DNA of 64,000 nt. Source: Nitrosopumilus sp. GTDB taxonomy: Archaea; Thermoproteota; Nitrososphaeria; Nitrososphaerales; Nitrosopumilaceae. Below, piece after piece: positions 27,070-34,217 of this stretch. Every line of letters starts with the position of its first letter. The stretch's first letter is position 1. The position numbers were made by a program, and so were the translations under genes. The stretch lies in assembly GCA_024644105.1 (NCBI GenBank), contig JAHELP010000001.1, positions 20,672 through 84,671 of the forward strand, given 5' to 3'. The notes beneath the pieces were generated by a model. It was not told where the DNA came from and did no database searches. It saw nothing but the letters and a program-made list of their open reading frames with translations.

Positions 27070-27816
27070 TTAACTTTCTACGCGTGGAGCCAAGTAAAAG
27101 TGGATTCTACCAATATTTGCAACTTTAAATTCAATTCTAAGAGGTTTTGCGCTTGAAAACTCACATGTAATTGAGCCTGCATTAGAGCCTACAGCTTTTA
27201 CAACTGGATTCAAATATTCAAGGCTGTAAGTACCCTCGCTATCTTCTGTAGAAGAAATTTCTTCAATTTCTTTATCATCTTTATCTAATTCAATTACAAC
27301 TTCACCTGAATCCCCTTTTCCTGAGAAATCACCTTTAGAATCAGATGTTTGAATTGTAAGATAATCAGATACTACCTGAACATCTCCAAGAATTTTGTCA
27401 AACTTTGAAGAAGTCAAAATAATTTTTGAATCATAAGGAATTTTAGGTAATGGGGTATCAGTTGCAGAACTTTCGATTAAACGCATTTTGTATTTTTTAT
27501 TTTTACCAACTGTTACAAGTAACATGTTTTGTTCAGAGATACTAATTTCTATGCTATCCTTTTTGTCTGCTCTTTTGATTAGTTTTGAAAATTCATCAAT
27601 TCTAACTCCAAATTTAATATCGCTATCACATTCATATTTTTCAAAAGCAGAATTTGGCCAAGAAATATCAATTAAAGCTACATGTGATGGATCCATTCCT
27701 CTAAAAGTAATTCCTTCTGCTGTTGCAACAAATGTTGCTTCTTCAACTAGAGTAGATATTGCAGATATGATAGCCTTTAGATCATCTGATCCACTTGTTT
27801 TTGCTCCAAAAGTCAA
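27070..27816 (-). CDS. pcn: DNA polymerase sliding clamp (PCNA)
   Basis: 248 aa. 'LKAIISAISTLVEEATFVATAEGITFRGMDPSHVALIDI' and the C-terminal 'FYLAPRVE' are typical of archaeal PCNA. TTG start. Confidence 0.9.
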   Translation of the reverse strand: MTFGAKTSGSDDLKAIISAISTLVEEATFVATAEGITFRGMDPSHVALIDISWPNSAFEKYECDSDIKFGVRIDEFSKLIKRADKKDSIEISISEQNMLLVTVGKNKKYKMRLIESSATDTPLPKIPYDSKIILTSSKFDKILGDVQVVSDYLTIQTSDSKGDFSGKGDSGEVVIELDKDDKEIEEISSTEDSEGTYSLEYLNPVVKAVGSNAGSITCEFSSAKPLRIEFKVANIGRIHFYLAPRVES

Positions 27817-27850
27817 ATCAATTTTCTTCTCTTTAAGTACAAGTTAAACG

Positions 27851-28168
27851 TTATGTGTAATCACGCCAGGTGTATTTGCACTTTTGACATCGATAAAATC
27901 TGGTTGTCGGTTCATCAGCACTTCTAGTTTGGAACATCCAACCAACTGCTTCATCATGTCCACATTTTTCACAGTCAATTTTTACTGTTGGATTTGATTC
28001 TTCTCCTTCATTTCCTTCAAAAGCAAGTAGTGAAAAGTCTGGTTCTTCTTCAGCAGCAATTTTTTTTGTGGGTTTAGCTTCTCCCCCTTCAGTGTATCCA
28101 CATTTAGAACATTGAAGGCCTGAACCATTATTTTTTAATTTGACCTCACATTTGGGGCAAAACTTCAA
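27851..28168 (-). CDS. tfs: Transcription factor S (TFS/RpoM-like)
   Basis: 105 aa. N-terminal ribbon 'CPKC...CSKC'. C-terminal ribbon 'CEKCGH...QTRSADEPTTRFYRCQKC' carries the acidic hairpin. TTG is the only start upstream of the first CxxC. Confidence 0.9.
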   Translation of the reverse strand: MKFCPKCEVKLKNNGSGLQCSKCGYTEGGEAKPTKKIAAEEEPDFSLLAFEGNEGEESNPTVKIDCEKCGHDEAVGWMFQTRSADEPTTRFYRCQKCKYTWRDYT

Positions 28169-28169
28169 T

Positions 28170-28448
28170 CTAATTTACCTTAATTTTAGAATTGAATAGT
28201 TGTTTGAACTCTTCAGCCATTTTGATCGCATTGTCTGTAGCTTTTTTAATTTCACCTAGTGGCTTTGAACTAGAATTAATTCTCATCCAACATTCATTGG
28301 TTAGAGGATGTTTTACAATTACACCTGCAAAATCGATATTTGATGCTTTTAGGAGTTCATGCTGAATTATGTACAATATTCCAATATCAGTTTCAGTGAT
28401 AGAAAGGCTGATTTCTTTGGGTTCAGAACTGATCACTTGTGCGTTCAT
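28170..28448 (-). CDS. rpoL: DNA-directed RNA polymerase subunit L (Rpo11)
   Basis: 92 aa. 'TETDIGILYIIQHELLKASNIDFAGVIVKHPL' fits the RpoL/Rpb11 dimerisation motif. Its stop lies 1 nt before the tfs start. Confidence 0.8.
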   Translation of the reverse strand: MNAQVISSEPKEISLSITETDIGILYIIQHELLKASNIDFAGVIVKHPLTNECWMRINSSSKPLGEIKKATDNAIKMAEEFKQLFNSKIKVN

Positions 28449-28499
28449 GTATTCAGAAAAAGCACTTATTGCGGATATAAATCATTATGAGCGGTAACA

Positions 28500-29036
28500 A
28501 TGGGCGAAAGTAAGATTTCTGCGATCGAATTAGTAAAATCTAAGGATGAGTACTCTTCTGATGAAAATATAGAGATAAACGTGCAGTTTTCCGTCGAAGG
28601 AGACATTAGAAATGCCTTCAATGAGGCTAATTGGACTAAAGCCTACAACAATAACGATGTTTCATTCAAAATGAAATACGGCATAAAATTAACCTCTGGT
28701 GGGTTCAGAAAGAAAGAATTGGGAAGAACTATTGATACATACAGAAAGGCATCAATTTTTTGGACAAGGAATCCAAAACTGGTCAATCCAATGAAAGATA
28801 GACGAATTTGGGTACAAGTGGCCAAAAATTTTGAGCCATTTATCAGACTCACAGAAGAAGAAGTTAGAGAGGAATTATTTGACTTTAATGAAAAATTTGT
28901 ATTCAAAGCATCTGATTTAGGAACAGGAAAACACAAAATCAGTGCAGAGGCTTTTGCATCTTGGCAAAAACATGATTTTACAGAAACTGGAAGTGTCAAA
29001 AACAGTTCAAGTGAAATAGAAATTTCCATCAATTAG
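28500..29036 (+). CDS. Hypothetical protein
   Basis: 178-aa ORF with balanced charged composition. The nested antisense ORF (28643-29032) is Leu/Ser/Phe-rich and looks spurious. Confidence 0.5.
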   Translation: MGESKISAIELVKSKDEYSSDENIEINVQFSVEGDIRNAFNEANWTKAYNNNDVSFKMKYGIKLTSGGFRKKELGRTIDTYRKASIFWTRNPKLVNPMKDRRIWVQVAKNFEPFIRLTEEEVREELFDFNEKFVFKASDLGTGKHKISAEAFASWQKHDFTETGSVKNSSSEIEISIN

Positions 29037-29067
29037 GGATATAAGGAACTTTTTTGGGTAATCAATA

Positions 29068-29220
29068 ATGGCAAAATACGATGGTCTGTTAGGACAACCA
29101 ATACTTGAAGTTGAAGAACCTGATAAAGAAGGAGGAATTACCTTTATCTTCAAAGATAACAGGTTTATGTTCATTAAAGCAGTTGATGGTAAAATTGAGA
29201 CCGTATCAATTCCAGAATAG
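29068..29220 (+). CDS. Mini-protein, tandem paralog A (not in the ORF track)
   Basis: Hand translation: MAKYDGLLGQPILEVEEPDKEGGITFIFKDNRFMFIKAVDGKIETVSIPE*. About 14 of 32 core positions are identical to the next ORF. Confidence 0.5.
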   Translation: MAKYDGLLGQPILEVEEPDKEGGITFIFKDNRFMFIKAVDGKIETVSIPE

Positions 29221-29229
29221 GTGATATGA

Positions 29230-29376
29230 ATGGAAAAATTTGATGCAATCAAAATGCTAGAACTTGTCAAAGTAGAAGATCCTGATTCAGATGGTGGATT
29301 AACTTTATTCTTTCAAGAAGACAAAACCTTGAAGATTAAAGTTGTAGATGGAAAATTAGTTTCAGAATTTGTTTAA
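29230..29376 (+). CDS. Mini-protein, tandem paralog B (not in the ORF track)
   Basis: Hand translation: MEKFDAIKMLELVKVEDPDSDGGLTLFFQEDKTLKIKVVDGKLVSEFV*. Shares the core V-E-x-P-D-x-x-G-G-x-T-x-x-F...I-K-x-V-D-G-K with paralog A. Confidence 0.5.
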   Translation: MEKFDAIKMLELVKVEDPDSDGGLTLFFQEDKTLKIKVVDGKLVSEFV

Positions 29377-29377
29377 A

Positions 29378-29872
29378 CTAATTTCTTACATGTTTTTCAT
29401 AAAATGATATAGCTATCTCTTGTACTTCAGATTGAATTGAACCTGGTCTTTCATCTCGAATTTTTTTAATTGCATTTTCTGCTGAAAATTTTTTATATTT
29501 TATAAAATAACATGCCAAGATTGTTCCAGCTCTCCCCATTCCAGCTGCACAGTGAACCATAACTGCTTGATCATTATTGATTTGTTCATGTATGAAATCT
29601 ACTGCTGAATCTATTCTGTCCATATCAGGAGCTGTCAAATCAGGAGTTGGGACATGTAGATAACCAATATTTTTTACCCAATCATCAGGTAGTGACTGTT
29701 CAGTCATTGTAACAATTGATTTTACTCCTTGGTTTAGAAGCCAATCAAATTCATGAGAACTAGTTGGAATACCAGAACCTGCCAATTTTTCTTCAATTAA
29801 CCAAGAAAAGTTTGTGGGTTTTTTTGTAATTTTTCCATGAACTTTTCTCCAAATATTTCCAGGCTTGCTCAT
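29378..29872 (-). CDS. Dual-specificity/tyrosine protein phosphatase
   Basis: 164 aa. Catalytic P-loop 'VHCAAGMGRAGT' (HCxxGxxR). Confidence 0.8.
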   Translation of the reverse strand: MSKPGNIWRKVHGKITKKPTNFSWLIEEKLAGSGIPTSSHEFDWLLNQGVKSIVTMTEQSLPDDWVKNIGYLHVPTPDLTAPDMDRIDSAVDFIHEQINNDQAVMVHCAAGMGRAGTILACYFIKYKKFSAENAIKKIRDERPGSIQSEVQEIAISFYEKHVRN

Positions 29873-29927
29873 ATAGAATTATGATTTGTTCAGTATTTTT
29901 AGTATTACGTAATCAAATGTGAGTAAA

Positions 29928-30569
29928 TTATGAAGCAATTGCTCTTACGGGAGAGCCTGTTACATCTTTTAGTTTTAATGGAAGAATTGTAAAATTGAAT
30001 TCTTTTGATTTAATTTTATTCAAATTTGTTAGATTTTCCACAATCAAAATATTATTTTTTGAAAAAATATGATGAACACTATATGATTGATCTCGTCCAA
30101 GATCAATACTCGGGGAATCTATTCCAACTAGATTAGTTTTTTTTGATGTAAGATATTTTGCTGATGATAAATCTAATCCAGGATTTTCAGTAAAATAATT
30201 TTTATTTTTTAGATTTTTTTGCCATTCTGTATAGAAAAAGACTGAAGAGTGATTTTTGATTTTTCCATTCTTTTTTTCAAATAACGTGATATCTGATTTT
30301 GTAATGGGTGTATTCTTGGATTTTTTGAGTTTTATGAGAACTGCTTTGCCAACTAGTCTATCTAGTGGAATTTGATGAATTTTTAGACCATTTTTGACAA
30401 AATGATATGGAGCATCAATGTGTGTACCTGTATGTGAACTAAGAAATAATAGTTCAAGATTATATCCATCTTTTTTGATGTCTGACCAACCAATGAATTG
30501 TGGAGTTGGAGATCCGGGAAAACTTGGAATGGATTCTGATATCGTAAGTGACAAATCTATTGGTTTCAC
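29928..30569 (-). CDS. Cyclase-family protein (kynurenine formamidase-like)
   Basis: 213 aa. Contains the motif 'SSHTGTHIDAPYHF' (HxGTHxDxPxH). Confidence 0.75.
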   Translation of the reverse strand: MKPIDLSLTISESIPSFPGSPTPQFIGWSDIKKDGYNLELLFLSSHTGTHIDAPYHFVKNGLKIHQIPLDRLVGKAVLIKLKKSKNTPITKSDITLFEKKNGKIKNHSSVFFYTEWQKNLKNKNYFTENPGLDLSSAKYLTSKKTNLVGIDSPSIDLGRDQSYSVHHIFSKNNILIVENLTNLNKIKSKEFNFTILPLKLKDVTGSPVRAIAS

Positions 30570-30629
30570 ATCAACAAATTGTATTGGGGATTAATCAGTT
30601 TTCAAAAATGAAAGGTTAAATACTGTCTG

Positions 30630-30902
30630 ATGAAAAAAGCCCTTGTGCCTACAGCATATGTTCTATTGAATTCTGATTTAGGATCAGATGAATCTATTAT
30701 CAATGAAGTAAAGCAAATCCTTGCTGAAGAACAAATCAAATATGAAGTTCAAGGCGTCTACGGAGTTTATGATATCGTATTAAAATTAACTTCAGATGAT
30801 TCTGAAAAATTACGTGCAATTATCACAAACAAAGTCAGAAAGATCAGTAAAGTTCAATCTACTCTAACTATGATGGTAATAGAAGAGCAAGAAAATCTAT
30901 AG
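30630..30902 (+). CDS. Stand-alone Lrp/AsnC ligand-binding (RAM) domain protein
   Basis: 90 aa. Contains 'AYVLLNSDLGSDESIINEVKQI...VQGVYGVYDIVLKL...KVQSTLTMMV'. No HTH domain. Confidence 0.6.
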   Translation: MKKALVPTAYVLLNSDLGSDESIINEVKQILAEEQIKYEVQGVYGVYDIVLKLTSDDSEKLRAIITNKVRKISKVQSTLTMMVIEEQENL

Positions 30903-32045
30903 TTTCTTTATTGCATCAATTACCTGTAATATCTGACTTTCAGTATTGAAAAAGTGAGGGGATGCTCGGACTATTTTTGTATCCATAATTTCTCTTACTG
31001 CTAAAATGATATTTTGTTTTTCAAGTTTATCAACAACATCTTGCGAATCAACTCCTTTGATATTAAAAGATACAATGCTAGTTCTTTCATTCTGATTATC
31101 AGAACCATACAAAATGATATTTTCAATTTTGGATAATTCTTCTCTCAAAAGATTTGAGAGATGTTTATTTTTATCACGAATATTATTCATTCCAAAATTA
31201 AGCATATAGTTTACTGATGATTCTAGACCAACAATTCCTACATAATTTCTAAAACCGGTTTGAAATTTGTCTGGTAATTCTTTGAAAGCCAATTTTGAAT
31301 CATCATAAATGATCGCTGATTCACCACCAATAGTTTTCGGTTCTAATAATGCACTAGATTTTCTATTGCAATAGAATAATCCTGTACCCATAGGACCACA
31401 TAACCACTTTGAGCCATTAAATGACATAAAATCACATTTTAATTTTGATACATCAATTTCACCAATACATCCTATAGTTTGTGCACTATCAAGAAAGAAC
31501 GGGACTTGATCTACAATTTTTCCTATTTCTTCTATGGGTAATATTGAACCAGTGTTATACAGTGCATGACTTAGAGCAACTAATTTTGTATTTTTATCAA
31601 TTGATGATTGTAAATCATCTAATTTAAAAAAACCATTATTGTCAATAGGTAAATTACGTATTGAGATTTTATCTTTTAATTTTATCCAAGGATAAAAATT
31701 TGAATGATGTTCGTGTGTCATTCCACGAATTATCATATTGGAATCACTATCAAATGATAATCCATTTGCAACAAAATTAATTCCATCAGTTGTACTTTGT
31801 GTAAGTACAACTTCATCAGGTTGGCAAGTAATTATTTTTGAAATAATTTTTCTCACATTTTGTAGTTTTTTAGTTATAAAAGGCTCAGAATCTTTTGAAT
31901 CAGGACCAATAGAATTGTAAGTAATTAGGAATTCCTTCATAGCTTCAATGCTCTGAGTAGGCATTAGAGAAACAGAAGCATTGTTTAGATAGATTTTATC
32001 TGATAATGGGAAATCATCTGAAATATCTTTAGTGACTAAATTCAT
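30897..32045 (-). CDS. Class V aminotransferase (cysteine desulfurase/selenocysteine lyase-like)
   Basis: 382 aa. Contains 'YLNNASVSLMP', 'LDSAQTIG' and the PLP-lysine region 'SFNGSKWLCGPMGTG'. Confidence 0.75.
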   Translation of the reverse strand: MNLVTKDISDDFPLSDKIYLNNASVSLMPTQSIEAMKEFLITYNSIGPDSKDSEPFITKKLQNVRKIISKIITCQPDEVVLTQSTTDGINFVANGLSFDSDSNMIIRGMTHEHHSNFYPWIKLKDKISIRNLPIDNNGFFKLDDLQSSIDKNTKLVALSHALYNTGSILPIEEIGKIVDQVPFFLDSAQTIGCIGEIDVSKLKCDFMSFNGSKWLCGPMGTGLFYCNRKSSALLEPKTIGGESAIIYDDSKLAFKELPDKFQTGFRNYVGIVGLESSVNYMLNFGMNNIRDKNKHLSNLLREELSKIENIILYGSDNQNERTSIVSFNIKGVDSQDVVDKLEKQNIILAVREIMDTKIVRASPHFFNTESQILQVIDAIKKL

Positions 32046-32071
32046 TATTATATCTGTAAAATCTTAAAGCG

Positions 32072-32659
32072 GTGTTGGATAAAAATCCTGAGCAAATTAT
32101 AGAAAATGATATTTCAGGAATTCAAATAAAATTTGAACAAAATAATCCCAACATAGTTTTATGTTCAAACCCTTTCCATAAAATAGAATTTCTCAATAAA
32201 TTAATTAATTCAACTGAAGATCCAATAATTTTTGTCGATATGGATTTGCTTTACAGTGGATATGTTCAATCGAAAATGATTCAAAAAAAAGATAACTTGA
32301 CAATTTTTTGTCCAGATAAAACAAATTGGGGGAAAAAATTATCAGAAATTATTTCCAAAATATCTAATGAAAGGTTTTTGGTAATCATTGACTCTTTTAA
32401 TGGAGTTTACAATTTGTATGATGAATTAGAATCTGCCAGATTCATTAATTCTTGTATAATGATACTATCATCAATTGGAAATTTTGCAAAATCATCAATT
32501 GTAATTACTGGAATGGCGAGAAAAAAAGACAATAAAGATTGGATTCTATCACCGGGTGGAAAACATATCATTAAATCAGAAAAAACTGGTGTTTATTTTC
32601 TAAAAAAAAATCAAAATAACTTGGTTATCAGTTCATTGAATAATTCAGGCATAAAATAA
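32072..32659 (+). CDS. Hypothetical protein, possibly RecA/KaiC-superfamily-like without a P-loop
   Basis: 195 aa. Walker-B-like 'FLVIIDSFNGVY', but no GxxxxGK[ST] anywhere. GTG start. Weak call. Confidence 0.35.
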   Translation: MLDKNPEQIIENDISGIQIKFEQNNPNIVLCSNPFHKIEFLNKLINSTEDPIIFVDMDLLYSGYVQSKMIQKKDNLTIFCPDKTNWGKKLSEIISKISNERFLVIIDSFNGVYNLYDELESARFINSCIMILSSIGNFAKSSIVITGMARKKDNKDWILSPGGKHIIKSEKTGVYFLKKNQNNLVISSLNNSGIK

Positions 32660-32690
32660 GAAAAATTAATTTACTTTACACTGCGATCAA

Positions 32691-32730
32691 AATATCAAAC
32701 GGCGTTATAAAATATCAAACGGCGTTATAA
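32691..32730. promoter_or_regulatory. Perfect 20-bp tandem direct repeat AATATCAAACGGCGTTATAA x2, upstream of the ferredoxin gene
   Basis: Copies at 32691-32710 and 32711-32730. A TATA-like AAATTATATTAAGA at 32747-32760 lies about 30 nt before the ATG at 32784. Confidence 0.85.
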
Positions 32731-32783
32731 GACCATATTTTTAGGCAAATTATATTAAGACCAAATCAAGAATTAATTTTGTT

Positions 32784-33083
32784 ATGCCAGTAGGAATTAT
32801 TCCAGACATCAGCGAACAAATGTGTATCGGATGCGCACTATGTGTAGAAATCTGTACCACACTTGGACCAGATGTCCTTAGAGTAAAACCAGTTGAAGGC
32901 TGGAAGAGAGGTAAAGCATTTGTCTTCTACCCAGAAAGATGTATTTCTGATGGTGCATGCATTGGTGTATGCCCAACAAAAGCAATCTTTTGGATGAGAC
33001 CAATGGACTTTACAGTTGGACAACCAGTTCCACTCTACAAGAACTCAGTCTTCGTCAAAGGTTGGACTGAATTAATCGATTAG
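32784..33083 (+). CDS. 2x[4Fe-4S] ferredoxin-domain protein
   Basis: 99 aa. Contains 'CIGCALCVEIC' and 'CISDGACIGVCP'. Confidence 0.85.
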   Translation: MPVGIIPDISEQMCIGCALCVEICTTLGPDVLRVKPVEGWKRGKAFVFYPERCISDGACIGVCPTKAIFWMRPMDFTVGQPVPLYKNSVFVKGWTELID

Positions 33084-33118
33084 ATTAGTTCATCAATTTT
33101 TAATTTCTTTTTATTATT

Positions 33119-34111
33119 TTAGACTTTAAGAGGACCTGATGTTTCATCTTGAATTTTTGGTTTTTTCTTTAACCAAAACATTGCAATTAGAAACATTACA
33201 CCAGGAATGAGAATTATCAACAACATTAACTCGTAATAAGTTGATAGTCTTTGAGCAGGTTTTGTATGATAAGTTTCGTGAGATGTTTTTTCAGGATTAT
33301 CATAAACAGCTGTAGTAAAATCAACAGAGCGTTGTTCTTTATTTTGGAAATTTCCAGATACAGTAACACTTTCCTCAGCAAAAACTGAAGGGGAATGAAT
33401 TCCTTCAATTCTTACAATAATTGAACCTGAATCACTAAAAACAAAATTTCTATAATCACCACCAATCTGACTTAGGCCTTCATCCCTAAGAATTTCTTTT
33501 CCATTTTGAAATATTACAAAATTGTATTTCATGCTTGCAAGATTAGAATTTGTTTGTGGATCATAAAATTGGTAAACAAATTGTATTTTTTCATGTGTTT
33601 TAATTACTTGTGGATCCCATGTTAAATTAACTTCAATACTTCTATCTGGTGTATATTGTAATAATGGAAACTCTAATTTTTTACCAGTTGCATCATGTGG
33701 AAAATCAGGAATTTCTTTTTCAACAATTAGTATACCTTCCATCCAAGGATGAATTGTACAATAGTAAGAAAATGTACCAGATTCTTCAAATTTATATGAC
33801 CATGATTCGCCTGGCATGAATCTACCACTATCAAAAATTCCGTTTGACTGTCCAAAGTTATCGCTCATCCAACCAAATCTTCCTGAACCCTCTCCACTTG
33901 TAACTGTGTGACCCTCTTTGTCATCATTATACCAAGTAACTGTATCACCTACTGTTACAAACATCTGAGGAGGATCATACCAAACTTCTGCAACTGTGTT
34001 TAATTCTGGGTTGTATGCTCCTATTGGAATATCAATGATATATTCTTCGGCATAGACTAAAGAGGTAGAGCCTAAAATAAGAAAAATTGATGATAATAAC
34101 AAAAATTTCAT
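33119..34111 (-). CDS. Membrane-anchored blue-copper (plastocyanin-like cupredoxin) protein
   Basis: 330 aa. Signal peptide, then 'VGDTVTWYNDDKEGHTVTS' and 'YYCTIHPWMEG' (type-1 Cu ligands H..C..H..M). A second beta-rich domain follows, then a C-terminal TM helix. Confidence 0.8.
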   Translation of the reverse strand: MKFLLLSSIFLILGSTSLVYAEEYIIDIPIGAYNPELNTVAEVWYDPPQMFVTVGDTVTWYNDDKEGHTVTSGEGSGRFGWMSDNFGQSNGIFDSGRFMPGESWSYKFEESGTFSYYCTIHPWMEGILIVEKEIPDFPHDATGKKLEFPLLQYTPDRSIEVNLTWDPQVIKTHEKIQFVYQFYDPQTNSNLASMKYNFVIFQNGKEILRDEGLSQIGGDYRNFVFSDSGSIIVRIEGIHSPSVFAEESVTVSGNFQNKEQRSVDFTTAVYDNPEKTSHETYHTKPAQRLSTYYELMLLIILIPGVMFLIAMFWLKKKPKIQDETSGPLKV

Positions 34112-34217
34112 ATTGTAAAACCATTATTTAGTTAATTAAATACTTTAGATAATTTTCATTTTTGTGAGTAATTATCAAGTTAAAGAATAACTCTAGGCAC
34201 AATATACACAAGAAGAG

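Noticed and set aside
27488-27847. 119-aa plus-strand ORF antisense to PCNA
   Set aside because: It is nested antisense to PCNA, with hydrophobic and Ser-rich antisense-type composition.
28643-29032. 129-aa minus-strand ORF overlapping hypothetical gene 28500-29036
   Set aside because: Neither strand has a recognised family. The plus-strand product has a normal charged, globular composition. The minus-strand product is Leu/Ser/Phe-rich, as expected for an antisense artefact.
29007-29270. 87-aa minus-strand track ORF across the 29037-29377 gap
   Set aside because: The same DNA encodes two plus-strand mini-ORFs that are clear protein-level paralogs of each other. The minus-strand translation is Ser/Ile-rich, with no internal similarity or motif.
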